This document shows positions 1 through 9,621 of a stretch of 64,000 nt of DNA, piece after piece; the stretch's first letter is position 1, and the number at the start of each line of letters is the position of its first letter. The notes under the pieces were generated by a model, which had not been told where the DNA came from, searched no databases, and worked only from the letters and a program-made list of their open reading frames with translations. Made by a program: the position numbers and the translations under genes. Origin of the DNA: Patescibacteria group bacterium. Its GTDB lineage: Bacteria; Patescibacteriota; Patescibacteriia; SG8-24; DYFX01. The stretch spans positions 117,453 to 181,452 of the forward strand of contig CP129476.1 in assembly GCA_030583805.1 (NCBI GenBank), in the 5' to 3' direction.

Positions 1-936
1 GATTGCCTCGAGAACGGCGGCCGTCGGCTCGCGGTCCTCGCAGTGGCGGTACCAGATGCCGAGCGCGAGCGCGACCGAATGCAGCGCATCGGAATTGCCA
101 GCGCTGCCGAAGGCCCAAAGCGCTTCCGGTTCGACGGCGAGGCGGAAGGCTTCGGTCAGCGCCTGCGAGAAGCGGTCCTCGCCGTGATGTGCGAGCTGCA
201 ATGTCCGCTCGACGGCTTCGACGCGCGTACGTACGTTCAGCGAGGCGTACTCGGCGCTGATCCCGACGGCGCGGTCGCTTACAACGCTCGCGATGGCGTA
301 GGCGGCGATCGAGCTGATCGGGTCTTCGTGCGTCATGCGCCCGAGCTTGTAGACGAGATCGAAGGCACGCCCGGAATTGAAAGCGTTGCCTTCATGCCGA
401 GCGGCGAGGAACAGCGCGAGCGGCGCGATCTTCATCGCCACTCCGTTCCCACGGCTCATCGAAGCTCGTCTCGCGGGGTGGTTCGGGTGACGCGGTTCCG
501 CTTTTGCCCATCGTTCGGCGTCCGTCATCCTTCCGCCGAAGTTCGGGCTCCTGATAACGCTGCGGCTGGCCGCGCGGTACCACTTGTCGATCTCGTAGAG
601 CGATCGTTTGGTGGTACCGCCCCAGCCAGCCACGTCATGCCAGAGCGCGTGGAGATGATGAAGCACCATCAACTCGTGCTCGTAGTCGCCGGCCTGAATC
701 AGTGCGTCGGCGACGGCGTTCGCGAGCTGGCTGTCATCTGAGGTCGCGCCGGGAGGAAGACCGCGCGTGTCCAGGACTTTGCGCTCGATCGCGAGATCGA
801 ACATCGGTCCGGTCACGCCTCTGCCGTCCGTGGCGGCGAGGATCGCCTCGCGCGATTGGCACTCGGTTGGCACGCCGAGCGCGTCGCCCAGATGCACGCC
901 GAGCATGCTGTTTACGGCAATCATTTTCATCCGCAT
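1..936 (-). CDS. ADP-ribosylglycohydrolase family protein (partial; C-terminus runs off the window start)
   Basis: Hand translation of the minus strand from ATG at 936-934 (MRMKMIAVNSMLGVHLGDALGVP...) is open to position 1. It contains family motifs SDDSQLANAVADAL and GSAGNSDALHSVALALG. AAGGAGA RBS 4 nt upstream. Absent from the ORF track only because there is no in-window stop. Confidence 0.6.
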   Translation of the reverse strand, partial: MRMKMIAVNSMLGVHLGDALGVPTECQSREAILAATDGRGVTGPMFDLAIERKVLDTRGLPPGATSDDSQLANAVADALIQAGDYEHELMVLHHLHALWHDVAGWGGTTKRSLYEIDKWYRAASRSVIRSPNFGGRMTDAERWAKAEPRHPNHPARRASMSRGNGVAMKIAPLALFLAARHEGNAFNSGRAFDLVYKLGRMTHEDPISSIAAYAIASVVSDRAVGISAEYASLNVRTRVEAVERTLQLAHHGEDRFSQALTEAFRLAVEPEALWAFGSAGNSDALHSVALALGIWYRHCEDREPTAAVLEAI

Positions 937-1064
937 GGCGTCTCCTTCGGTGGAGTTGGGGAAAGAGCGAAGAAAGGAGCGTAGCACCGGCACTTGACCG
1001 CGTCAATCGTAAGATTTTCACGCGCGAGGCGTCTCTATGCTACAGTAGCTCTGATGAAAAACTG

Positions 1065-1304
1065 ATGCGACGAGTTATCCACTTCGCCCGCCGCAACAAA
1101 TTCCTGATCCTCGCCACGGCGCTTCTTATGATCGGCGCCGGCTGCGTTGGCGCTGCGCGCGAGGCCGGCGATCAGCTCACGGAAGACGCCATGAAGCCGA
1201 TCACCGTGCCGGTCGAAGTCTACCAGCGCGCCACGGAAGTCGCCTCAAGCACCGAGGCTCGCGCGCGCCTCATGATCGATCAAGCCGGAGGACTCAACCA
1301 ATAA
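1065..1304 (+). CDS. small hypothetical lipoprotein (signal peptide + GAGC lipobox)
   Basis: In-frame ATG at 1065 inside ORF 702..1304. N-terminal MRRVIHFARRNKFLILATALLMIGAGC is a signal peptide with lipobox. Followed directly by a hairpin terminator. Confidence 0.4.
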   Translation: MRRVIHFARRNKFLILATALLMIGAGCVGAAREAGDQLTEDAMKPITVPVEVYQRATEVASSTEARARLMIDQAGGLNQ

Positions 1305-1308
1305 AAAA

Positions 1309-1340
1309 GCCCCTCGCGACCGTAACGGTGCGAGGGGTTT
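1309..1340. terminator. bidirectional rho-independent terminator between convergent genes
   Basis: GCCCCTCGC...GCGAGGGG stem flanked by an A-run upstream and T-run downstream. Sits between the + stop at 1304 and the - stop at 1345. Confidence 0.5.
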
Positions 1341-1344
1341 GTCG

Positions 1345-2169
1345 TCAGGGCTGTTGGCTGCAGCTGCAGCTCGGATTGACGGGCGGGCTGCAACCGTCCT
1401 GCCGCGGCGAGAGGCGCGTGTACGACGCAGTCCAGTAGGCCTGGCCGCTCGTGGCTCCGAAGCGGAGGCGGTTGTAGGTGAGCAGGTAGCGGACGCCGCT
1501 TCCGTCGGAGGCAGGGACGCCATACTCGTTCAACGGCCACGGGTCGTCGACGCGATAGAGCGTCTCGCCGCCCGGTCCGGCGCCGCGCTGGTAGCCGGTC
1601 ACGAGCGCGACGTGTCCGCTCGACATGCTCTGCATCGCCATGATGATCGGCCGTCCGTTCGTGATCTCCGTCTGGATCTCGGCCTCGCTGAGCGGTCGCG
1701 CGAGCAGCTGTCCCGTGATGCCGAGCTGTCCCAGGAAGTAGTTCATCTCCTGGAACGACGCCGGCTGGTTGCAGGCCTGGTACTGGCAGGCGCCGTACTG
1801 GCAGCAAACCGTCAGGCTCTGATCGCCGATCTTGGCCGAGGCGAGGTTGCACTCGTTGACCGGATACGGCGTGCCGGGAATCGTGCGGTCGTAGTAGTTC
1901 GAAACGTTCGTGATCACCGCCGCCCAGCACCACTGCTCGCACCACTGCTGCATGAGCCACATGTCCAGCTCGGCGCCGTTCGGGTCGGCCGGAGCGTCGC
2001 AGTACGAACTCGGTCCGGGGCCGCCGCCGCAGTCGAGCGCGCAGGTGTTCTGGTTCTCCCCGTAGCCGTAATCGCAGGTGTTGTCGCCGCAGTAGGGCGG
2101 TTCGGGGAGCGGGCAGCCGCTCAGAATGACGAGCGAGACCAGCAGAAGCGAAAACATGAAAGAGCGCAT
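1345..2169 (-). CDS. secreted Cys-rich lipoprotein with papain-like (clan CA, C1/C39-like) cysteine peptidase domain
   Basis: Signal peptide + LSGC lipobox. Cys-rich N-terminal region. Q-x5-C-W-A-A (QQWCEQWCWAAV) matches the papain oxyanion Gln and nucleophile Cys. SGHVALVTGY matches the papain His motif (HAVAAVGY). An acidic residue follows (DDPW). Strong RBS AAGGAGGAT. Confidence 0.55.
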   Translation of the reverse strand: MRSFMFSLLLVSLVILSGCPLPEPPYCGDNTCDYGYGENQNTCALDCGGGPGPSSYCDAPADPNGAELDMWLMQQWCEQWCWAAVITNVSNYYDRTIPGTPYPVNECNLASAKIGDQSLTVCCQYGACQYQACNQPASFQEMNYFLGQLGITGQLLARPLSEAEIQTEITNGRPIIMAMQSMSSGHVALVTGYQRGAGPGGETLYRVDDPWPLNEYGVPASDGSGVRYLLTYNRLRFGATSGQAYWTASYTRLSPRQDGCSPPVNPSCSCSQQP

Positions 2170-2299
2170 CCCATCCTCCTTGGTGTCTGTGGGAATTCCG
2201 GGAGGATACGCGCTCGTTGGAAAAAAGTCAAGATAACAAAGAGCGCACCCGGACGGCGAGAGCGAGTGTGCTCAAGCCGCGCGGATGCGCGGGGGTCGA

Positions 2300-2791
2300 T
2301 CAGTTGCCGTCGTCGCTGCAGAAGGCGCCGTTGTAGGTGCACTCGACCATGCTCGGGCAATCTTCCTCGATGCTCATGGTCTCGTTGTCCCAGTACATCC
2401 ACTGCGCAATGGCAGGGCAGTACTTGTAGTGCCAGTTCGGGCCGACGCGGAAGACGTCTTCGCAGCAGCTCACGACAGGCCCCTCGCCGAGCGCGGCGCA
2501 GGTCCACATCTCGTTACCGCAGGCGTAGGAAGGCGTCACGCACGGCCTGCCGGCCGGATCGCAAGTGGCAGGATCCTCGGCGCATCGCATCTCGTAGTTG
2601 TACTCCGGGCAGTATGCGGCGTCCGAGATCGTGCCCTGCTGGGTCATGTTGCCGTCGGGGGTGGTGTTGCCACCGTCCACGTCAGGATCGATGCAGCCGC
2701 TGACCTCGGAGCAGTTGGGCTCTTCCGAGTTGACGCACGCGGCGACGAGCGAGACAAGGGTCACGACGATAAGGGTGTAAAAGGTGCGCAT
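2300..2791 (-). CDS. Cys-rich secreted lipoprotein (hypothetical)
   Basis: Internal ATG at 2791 preceded by GGAGG RBS (7-nt spacer). MRTFYTLIVVTLVSLVAAC signal peptide/lipobox. More than 20 Cys in the mature part. The ORF-track start at 2899 is an upstream extension. Confidence 0.5.
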   Translation of the reverse strand: MRTFYTLIVVTLVSLVAACVNSEEPNCSEVSGCIDPDVDGGNTTPDGNMTQQGTISDAAYCPEYNYEMRCAEDPATCDPAGRPCVTPSYACGNEMWTCAALGEGPVVSCCEDVFRVGPNWHYKYCPAIAQWMYWDNETMSIEEDCPSMVECTYNGAFCSDDGN

Positions 2792-2978
2792 CTCATATCC
2801 TCCGGTTGGATGTGCTTGTTCTCTTGTCGTGCCCCTCGCGGGGCGTTTTTGCCCCTCATGGGTTAGGGACAGTCTAGCATATATAAGGGCTTTTGTCAAG
2901 ATTCCGTGGTTCTGCCGCCAAAATAAAAAAAGCGCATTGGAGGGTCAGTCCAATGCGGAAGGGGGTTGGGTATTTGTG

Positions 2979-3587
2979 CTAGAGGCAGTCTCGGACGCGG
3001 CAAGCGTCTTCGACGTCAGCGGTCGTCCAGGTCACGCTCTCGTGCCTCGAGGCCAGATTCTGGCCGGAGCCATCAGGCGCGTGGTCCAGTCCGAAGGCGT
3101 GGCCAAGCTCGTGCTCGACGAGGCCCTGGATCATCCAGGTGCACGGCCAATCGGGAGGCGTGCCCGGAAGATGGCAGCTGCCGTCGGGAGTGTTGCTGAA
3201 GAGGACAATGTCGTCATCCTCGTCAAACAAACCGCCCTTCTGCTGCTCCACCCGATGGGTCTGCCAGAGCTCTCGCCCGTACGCGCTCGGGTAGCCGTCG
3301 TACACCATATAGATGCAGTGACGGCCGTCGCCGATGTCGCTCTCGTCATAGACGTTCTCGTCGGAGAGAACGCCCGCAAGACGGAACGGATCCGCGCCGG
3401 TCACGAGCGTGATCTTGGAGTTGATGTCCGCGATCCCGTCGTCGATCTGCTCGATCTGCTCCGGGAGCCAGGTGCCGCAGACGTAGACGTCGGCGGTCCG
3501 GCCCTCCCGAATCTCTTCGTAGCCCTTGTCGCAGCCGACCGAGAGCGCCATCATGCACAGGGACAGCATCACGATGTGTGCCTTCAT
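2979..3587 (-). CDS. metzincin-family zinc metalloprotease lipoprotein
   Basis: Signal peptide with LSVGC lipobox. Extended zinc-binding motif HELGHAFGLDH (HExxHxxGxxH), characteristic of metzincins. Confidence 0.7.
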   Translation of the reverse strand: MKAHIVMLSLCMMALSVGCDKGYEEIREGRTADVYVCGTWLPEQIEQIDDGIADINSKITLVTGADPFRLAGVLSDENVYDESDIGDGRHCIYMVYDGYPSAYGRELWQTHRVEQQKGGLFDEDDDIVLFSNTPDGSCHLPGTPPDWPCTWMIQGLVEHELGHAFGLDHAPDGSGQNLASRHESVTWTTADVEDACRVRDCL

Positions 3588-3780
3588 GGAAACCTCCCGG
3601 CCTTGCGGCCTGACTGGGGTGTAGGGGGAAAGAATCGCGGAAATGTGATGAGCGCATCCCCGCCAGGGGATGATAGACTATGATAGTCTGAAAAAGCGTT
3701 TTTGTCAACCTTTCCGCTCAGCGCGCCGAGGCCTTGCCAATCAGTAAAAAAGCCATTACAGTCTTCGACTGGAAACTTCC

Positions 3781-5625
3781 ATGACGACCAACGAAATCCG
3801 CTCGAAATTCCTTGATTTCTTCAAAGAGAAGGGGCACGCCGTGATCCCTTCGGCTTCTTTGATTCCGGAAAACGACCCGACGGTCCTCTTCACGACGGCC
3901 GGCATGCACCCGCTTGTGCCGTACCTTTTGGGGGAGAAGCACCCGGCCGGCAGCCGCTTGGCCGACGTGCAGAAATGCGTCCGCACGGGCGATATCGACG
4001 AAGTCGGCGACAACCGCCATCTCACCTTTTTCGAGATGCTCGGCAACTGGTCGCTCGGCGATTACTTCAAGCGCGAGGCGATCACCTGGTCGTTCGAATT
4101 CCTGACGTCGCCGCGCTGGCTGAATCTCGATCCGGGACGCATCTACGTGACCGTCTTCGAAGGCGACGCCGACGCGCCGCGCGATCTGGAATCCGTTTCC
4201 ATCTGGCAAGACGCCTATCAGTCGCGCGGCATCGAAGCGCGCTTCAACGAGCGCATTTTCGCGTATCCGAAAGAAAAGAACTGGTGGGGTCCGGCCGGCA
4301 TGACGGGCCCGTGCGGTCCTGACACGGAAATTTTCTGGGACACCGGCCGCACGCACGACATGCGCTTCGGCGCCGAGTGCCATCCGAATTGCGACTGCGG
4401 ACGCTTCATCGAGATCTGGAACAACGTCTTCATGGAGTACAACAAGACGCCGCAGGCGACGTTCGAGCCGCTCGCGCAAAAGAACGTCGACACCGGCATG
4501 GGTCTCGAGCGCGTCGTCGCCGTGCTCCAAGGCAAGTCGACCGTCTTCGAGACGGAAAATTTTGAAACGCTTTTGGGAACCGTCGGCACGATCGGCGGCA
4601 AGAAATACGGAGAGAACGAGGAGCACGACCGCGCCATGCGCATCGTCGTCGATCACGTCCGCACCGCCGCCTTCATGATCGGCGACCCGCGCGGCATTAC
4701 GCCGTCGAACGTCGACCAGGGCTACATCCTCCGCCGCCTGATCCGCCGCGCCGTACGCTACGGCCGCCAGCTCGGCATCGAGGGCTTTTTCACCTCGAAA
4801 ATCGCCGAGAAAGTCATCGAGCTCTTCCGCGACGCCTATCCGGAACTTGAGAAGAACCGCGACCGCATCATCGGCGAACTCGACGCCGAAGAAGACAAGT
4901 TCATGCGCACGCTGCAAAACGGCTTGCGCGAAGTCGAGAAAGTGAAAAAGGAATTCGAAGCCTCGCCGTTCATCCCCGGCGAGACGGCCTTCTATTTGTA
5001 CGAGTCGTTCGGCTTCCCGAAGGAACTCACCGAAGAAACCGTCGGCAAGAAGGTCGACGAGTCGGAATGGGAAAAAGCGATGAAGGCGCATCAAGACCTT
5101 TCGCGCCAAGGCGCCGAGAAGAAATTCAAAGGTGGCCTCGCCGACCACTCGTGGGAAACGACGCGCCTGCACACGGCGACGCATTTGCTGCACAAGGCGC
5201 TGCGCAACGTCCTCGGCGAACACGTCGAGCAGAAAGGCTCCAACATCACGGCCGAGCGCCTGCGCTTCGATTTCTCGCATCCGGCCAAGATGACGCCGGA
5301 AGAAATCAAGAAGACCGAAGAGATGGTGAACGAAGCGATCGCCCGCGATTTGCCGGTGCACTTCCAAGAAATGACCGTCGATGAAGCCAAGAGTGGGGGA
5401 GCGATCGGCTTGTTCGAAGACCGCTACGGCGACAAGGTCAAAGTCTACGTCGTGGGCGACTACTCCAAAGAAATCTGTGGCGGCCCGCACGTGCGTCACA
5501 CGGCGCAGGTCGGACGCTTCAAGATCCAGAAAGAGGAAGCCTCGTCTTCTGGCATCCGCCGCATCAAAGCGGTCGTCGAACCGAATGCTGCGCCGGAAAC
5601 CGAGCCTGCCGGTCCAAAGGAATGA
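3781..5625 (+). CDS. alaS: alanine--tRNA ligase (truncated form lacking the C-Ala domain)
   Basis: N-terminus [42 protein letters not shown] is a canonical AlaRS catalytic core. Editing-domain HxxxH/CGGPHV motifs near the C-terminus. Only 614 aa. Confidence 0.9.
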   Translation: MTTNEIRSKFLDFFKEKGHAVIPSASLIPENDPTVLFTTAGMHPLVPYLLGEKHPAGSRLADVQKCVRTGDIDEVGDNRHLTFFEMLGNWSLGDYFKREAITWSFEFLTSPRWLNLDPGRIYVTVFEGDADAPRDLESVSIWQDAYQSRGIEARFNERIFAYPKEKNWWGPAGMTGPCGPDTEIFWDTGRTHDMRFGAECHPNCDCGRFIEIWNNVFMEYNKTPQATFEPLAQKNVDTGMGLERVVAVLQGKSTVFETENFETLLGTVGTIGGKKYGENEEHDRAMRIVVDHVRTAAFMIGDPRGITPSNVDQGYILRRLIRRAVRYGRQLGIEGFFTSKIAEKVIELFRDAYPELEKNRDRIIGELDAEEDKFMRTLQNGLREVEKVKKEFEASPFIPGETAFYLYESFGFPKELTEETVGKKVDESEWEKAMKAHQDLSRQGAEKKFKGGLADHSWETTRLHTATHLLHKALRNVLGEHVEQKGSNITAERLRFDFSHPAKMTPEEIKKTEEMVNEAIARDLPVHFQEMTVDEAKSGGAIGLFEDRYGDKVKVYVVGDYSKEICGGPHVRHTAQVGRFKIQKEEASSSGIRRIKAVVEPNAAPETEPAGPKE

Positions 5626-5626
5626 T

Positions 5627-6679
5627 ATGAAGACCTATCTCGTCACCGGCGCGGCCGGGTTCATCGGCATGCACGTCGCCAAGCGTTTGCTTGAGCGTGG
5701 CGATGTCGTGATCGGCCTCGACAACCTGAACGACTACTACGACGTTTCCCTGAAGGAAGCGCGTTTGGCGCAGCTCACTTCGCATCCGAATTTCCGCTTT
5801 GTGAAGCTCGACCTGGCCGACCGTGCGGGCATGAAAGCCGTGTTTGAAAACGAGGCCTTCGAAGTCGTCATCCATCTGGCGGCGCAAGCGGGCGTGCGCT
5901 ATTCGCTCATCAATCCGCAAGCCTACATCGATTCGAACCTGGTCGGTTTCGGCAACGTGATCGAGGGCTGCCGGCACAAGAAGGTCGCGCATCTCGTCTA
6001 TGCCTCCTCCAGCTCCGTGTACGGCGCCAACATCGAAACGCCGTTTTCCGTGAAGCACGGCGTTGATCATCAGGTGAGTCTGTACGCCGCGACGAAGAAG
6101 GCGAATGAACTCATGGCGCATACCTACAGCCATCTCTATGGGCTGCCGACCACTGGCCTGCGTTTCTTCACCGTCTACGGACCGTGGGGGCGTCCGGATA
6201 TGGCGATGTACAGCTTCACCAAGGCGATGTTGGAGGGAAAGCCGATCGACGTCTTCAATCACGGCAAGATGCAGCGCGACTTCACCTACATCGACGATAT
6301 CGTTGAAGGCGTGCTGCGCGTCGCCGACCATGTGCCGAAAGCCAGCGAGCTTTCCCCGAAGGACCGCCACCCGGGCGTGAGCCACGCGCCTTACCGCGTC
6401 TACAACATTGGAAACAACCAGCCAGTCGAGCTTGGACGTTTCATCGAAGAGCTCGAAAGAGCGCTTGGCGTGACGGCTGAAAAGCGGTACCTGCCCATGC
6501 AGCCGGGGGACGTCCCGGCTACCTATGCCGACGTGGACGATCTGATCCGTGACGTTGGGTTCCGTCCGTCAACCCCCATCGAGGAAGGCATCGCCAAATT
6601 CGTCGCTTGGTACCGTGAGTACCATAACCAGTCGTTTTCAGAAAAAACGGCTGAAATTAGCGAAATCCAGGCTGCCTGA
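5627..6679 (+). CDS. NAD-dependent epimerase/dehydratase (UDP-glucuronate 4-epimerase-like SDR)
   Basis: TGAAGFIG Rossmann motif, YAATK catalytic motif, GalE/WbpP-like architecture. AAAGGA RBS. Start is 1 nt after the alaS stop. Confidence 0.85.
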   Translation: MKTYLVTGAAGFIGMHVAKRLLERGDVVIGLDNLNDYYDVSLKEARLAQLTSHPNFRFVKLDLADRAGMKAVFENEAFEVVIHLAAQAGVRYSLINPQAYIDSNLVGFGNVIEGCRHKKVAHLVYASSSSVYGANIETPFSVKHGVDHQVSLYAATKKANELMAHTYSHLYGLPTTGLRFFTVYGPWGRPDMAMYSFTKAMLEGKPIDVFNHGKMQRDFTYIDDIVEGVLRVADHVPKASELSPKDRHPGVSHAPYRVYNIGNNQPVELGRFIEELERALGVTAEKRYLPMQPGDVPATYADVDDLIRDVGFRPSTPIEEGIAKFVAWYREYHNQSFSEKTAEISEIQAA

Positions 6680-6709
6680 GCACGCTTTTTGAGCGCGCGC
6701 CGCCCGCTC

Positions 6710-6738
6710 TTGACGTGGATAAGCGGTTTTGTTAGACT
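6710..6738 (+). promoter_or_regulatory. putative sigma70-type promoter of infA-rpmJ-rpsM operon (TTGACG-17-TAGACT)
   Basis: Hexamers with 17-nt spacing, about 90 nt upstream of infA. Confidence 0.35.
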
Positions 6739-6829
6739 TTTCGCAAGCAAAGTCCCGCCTTGGCGACTTGCGTCATTTTTTGGTTCGGAGTAGACTTCTC
6801 CGACACTTCATTAATTCTTGGCGAGCAGA

Positions 6830-7066
6830 ATGCAGAATAACGGAACAGGGGGAGTGGGGAAGGATTTCATCGAGGCCGCAGGCGTCGTTGAAGAACTTCT
6901 TCCAGCGACGACCTTCAAGGTCAAACTCGAGAGCGGGCACAGTATCCTGGCTCATCTCTCGGGGAAAATGCGTATGAATCGTATCCGGCTCCTGCCGGGC
7001 GACCGCGTCAAAATCGAGATGACGCCGTACGACTTGACCAAAGGCCGCATCGTCTACCGTTTCTGA
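6830..7066 (+). CDS. infA: translation initiation factor IF-1
   Basis: [67 protein letters not shown] is an IF-1 S1-fold. Start uncertain (TTG 6818, ATG 6830 or GTG 6854). Confidence 0.85.
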   Translation: MQNNGTGGVGKDFIEAAGVVEELLPATTFKVKLESGHSILAHLSGKMRMNRIRLLPGDRVKIEMTPYDLTKGRIVYRF

Positions 7067-7103
7067 ACTCACCCGCTCAACGAACTGCATAAAAACGAAA
7101 CGC

Positions 7104-7220
7104 ATGAAAGTTCGCTCGTCCGTCAAGAAAATCTGCCGCGACTGCACGGTCATCCGCCGCAAGCGCCGCGTGATGATCATCTGCCCGAAGAACCCTAAGC
7201 ATAAGCAGCGTCAGGGCTAA
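7104..7220 (+). CDS. rpmJ: 50S ribosomal protein L36
   Basis: [38 protein letters not shown] (38 aa), zinc-ribbon L36. Below the ORF-track length cut-off. Confidence 0.85.
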   Translation: MKVRSSVKKICRDCTVIRRKRRVMIICPKNPKHKQRQG

Positions 7221-7231
7221 TTTATACATTT

Positions 7232-7621
7232 ATGGCACGTATCGCAGGCGTTACGCTCCCCAGCACCAAACGCGTCATCATCGCCCTGACCTACATCTAC
7301 GGTATCGGGCAGACGCAAGCCAAGGAGATCATCAAGAAGACCGGTGTGAATCCCGACACTCGCATCAAGGATCTCGCGGAAACGGAAGCCAACAAGCTCC
7401 GCGACCACATCGAGAAAACGATGAAAGTCGAAGGCGAACTCCGCCGCGACACGCTCGCGCAGATCAAGCGCTTGAAGGAAATCGGTTCCTACCGCGGCAC
7501 CCGCCACGCCAAGAACCTCCCCATGCGCGGACAGCGCACCAAAACCAACTCGCGCACCACGCGCGGCAACGTCCGCAAGACGATGGGCTCCGGCCGCGTC
7601 AAAGCGGGCATGAAGACCTAA
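7232..7621 (+). CDS. rpsM: 30S ribosomal protein S13
   Basis: [33 protein letters not shown]... canonical S13. Confidence 0.95.
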   Translation: MARIAGVTLPSTKRVIIALTYIYGIGQTQAKEIIKKTGVNPDTRIKDLAETEANKLRDHIEKTMKVEGELRRDTLAQIKRLKEIGSYRGTRHAKNLPMRGQRTKTNSRTTRGNVRKTMGSGRVKAGMKT

Positions 7622-7641
7622 AACAAAGGATGTAAACCTTT

Positions 7642-8097
7642 ATGGAAGAAACCATGAACGCCGTCGCCACGGCTCCGGCCGAAGCGACGACTGAAGAAGG
7701 GAAGAAGTCCAAAGCGGCTCCGCGCAAGAAGACGAAGAAAGCGGTCCGCCAGGTCTCCCACGGTCGCTGCTACGTGCAAGCGACGTACAACAACACGATC
7801 GTCACGCTGACCGACGCGAACGGCAACGTTCTCGCCTGGTCCTCGGCCGGCAAAGTCGGCTTCAGCGGTCCGAAGAAGTCCACCCCGTACGCCGCGTCCA
7901 TGATCATCAAGGACGTGACGGAAAAGGTGAAAGACACCGGACTTAAGGACGTCAACGTTTTCGTCAAAGGCATCGGCTCCGGTCGCGAATCCGCGGTCCG
8001 CGCGCTGAACGCCAACGGCATCAACGTGCTGTCGATCAAAGACATCACTCCGATTCCTCATAACGGATGCCGGCCGCCGAAGCCGCGCCGCGTGTAA
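7642..8097 (+). CDS. rpsK: 30S ribosomal protein S11 (with about 35-aa Ala/Lys-rich N-terminal extension)
   Basis: GRCYVQATYNNTIVTLTDANGNVLAWSSAG...GIGSGRESAVRAL S11 core. Confidence 0.95.
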   Translation: MEETMNAVATAPAEATTEEGKKSKAAPRKKTKKAVRQVSHGRCYVQATYNNTIVTLTDANGNVLAWSSAGKVGFSGPKKSTPYAASMIIKDVTEKVKDTGLKDVNVFVKGIGSGRESAVRALNANGINVLSIKDITPIPHNGCRPPKPRRV

Positions 8098-8100
8098 CCT

Positions 8101-8730
8101 ATGGGACGCAATACCGAACCCAAATGCAAACAGTGCCGGCGCGAAGGCGAGAAGCTCTATCTCAAAGGTGAGAAGTGCCTCGGCCCGAAGTGCCCGGTCA
8201 CGCGCCGCGCGTTCCCTCCGGGTCAGCACGGCCCGACGTCTCGCGCCAAGATCACGCCGTTCGGCGTGCAGCTGCGCCAGAAGCAGAAGGCCAAGCGCAT
8301 CTACGGCCTCATGGAGAAGCAGTTTGAGAACTACTTCGTGAAAGCCGCGAGCCGCAAGGGCGATACGGGCGTTTTCCTCAAGCAGTTCCTGGAAATGCGC
8401 TTCGACAACATCGTCTTCCGCCTCGGCTTCGCCAAGAGCCGCGCCCAGGCCCGCCAGATGGTCGGCCACGGCCTCCTCACGGTGAACGGCAAGTCGGTCG
8501 ACATTCCGTCGTACCAGCTCCGCGCCGGCGACCAGATCGCGATCAAAGAAAACAAGATCAACAAAGGCGCGTTCAAAGAACTCAAAGACCGCCTTTCCAA
8601 GCACCAAGCACCGGGCTGGCTCACCGTCGACGCCGCCGCCGCCACGGGCAAGGTCATCAACCGTCCGACGGCCGAAGAGCTCGAACAGAGCTTCGACGCC
8701 AAACTGATCGTCGAATTCTACTCTCGCTAA
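8101..8730 (+). CDS. rpsD: 30S ribosomal protein S4
   Basis: N-terminal C4 zinc finger (CKQCRREGEKLYLKGEKCLGPKC) + S4 domain. Confidence 0.95.
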   Translation: MGRNTEPKCKQCRREGEKLYLKGEKCLGPKCPVTRRAFPPGQHGPTSRAKITPFGVQLRQKQKAKRIYGLMEKQFENYFVKAASRKGDTGVFLKQFLEMRFDNIVFRLGFAKSRAQARQMVGHGLLTVNGKSVDIPSYQLRAGDQIAIKENKINKGAFKELKDRLSKHQAPGWLTVDAAAATGKVINRPTAEELEQSFDAKLIVEFYSR

Positions 8731-8803
8731 TCCTTGGCCCGTCCCGTCGCCGCGCGGCGATTGCTGATCTGTCGCGCCGCGTGCCGCTGGACTCCAACTC
8801 CCT

Positions 8804-9619
8804 ATGGAAGACATCCTTCTTCCGTCGAAGATCGAAATCGTTCCGACCGGGCGCGACAATGAGTCGATGCTCGTGATGGAACCGTTCTTCCACGGTTACG
8901 GCCACACGGTCGGCAACGCCCTTCGCCGGGTGCTGCTCTCGTCCCTTCAGGGCGCCGCGGTCATCGCCGTGAAAATCAAAGGCGCCTCGCATGAATTCCA
9001 GGCGGTCCCGAACGTCAAAGAAGACGTCCTCGAGATCATCTTGAACCTCAAGCAGCTCCGCCTCAAAGTGTTCTCCGATGAACCGGTCAAACTGACCTTG
9101 CACGCCAAGGGCGACAAGAAGGTCACGGGCAAGGACATCCAAGCGAACTCCGACGTCGAGGTCGCCAACCCGAACCTCCACATCGCGACGATCACCGACA
9201 AGTCCGGCGAGCTCGAGATGGAGATCACCGTGGCCAAGGGCCGCGGCTACGTCCCGACTGAAGAGCGCGGCAAGGAGAAGGCGGAACTCGGCACGATTGC
9301 CGTCGACGCCCTCTACAGCCCGATCCGCTCGGTCGGCTACAAAGTGGACGACGTCCGCGTCGGCCAGGTCACCAACTACGACCGCTTGACCCTCACGATC
9401 GAAACGGACGGCACGGTGGACGCCGATGAGGCTGTCCGCTCGTCCGCCAAGATCCTGATCGACCACTTCGCCCTCCTGACCGGCGTCAATGCCGGCGAAG
9501 CCCCGGCCAAGGCCGAGGTTGCCGAAGAGGAAACCGAAGAAACTGAAGAAGAAACCGAGGAAGCCTCCGCCGACGGAGAAGAAAAGCCTAAGAAAAAGAA
9601 GGCTTCCAAAAAGAAATAA
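8804..9619 (+). CDS. rpoA: DNA-directed RNA polymerase alpha subunit, N-terminal domain only (no alpha-CTD; acidic/basic tail)
   Basis: Alpha-NTD motifs (MEPFFHGYGHTVGNALRRVLLSSL...). Protein ends about 45 aa after the NTD with EEETEETEEETEE...KPKKKKASKKK instead of an alpha-CTD. Confidence 0.9.
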   Translation: MEDILLPSKIEIVPTGRDNESMLVMEPFFHGYGHTVGNALRRVLLSSLQGAAVIAVKIKGASHEFQAVPNVKEDVLEIILNLKQLRLKVFSDEPVKLTLHAKGDKKVTGKDIQANSDVEVANPNLHIATITDKSGELEMEITVAKGRGYVPTEERGKEKAELGTIAVDALYSPIRSVGYKVDDVRVGQVTNYDRLTLTIETDGTVDADEAVRSSAKILIDHFALLTGVNAGEAPAKAEVAEEETEETEEETEEASADGEEKPKKKKASKKK

Positions 9620-9621
9620 GT

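Noticed and set aside
43-741. 232-aa plus-strand ORF at the window start
   Set aside because: No recognisable motifs. The opposite strand encodes a clean ADP-ribosylglycohydrolase with RBS. This is a high-GC antisense artefact.
3718-5499. 593-aa minus-strand ORF
   Set aside because: Lies entirely antisense to alaS, whose product is unmistakable. Typical long shadow ORF in GC-rich DNA.
7618-8859. 413-aa minus-strand ORF across rpsK/rpsD
   Set aside because: Antisense to canonical ribosomal protein genes. Arg/Gly/Ala-rich nonsense composition.
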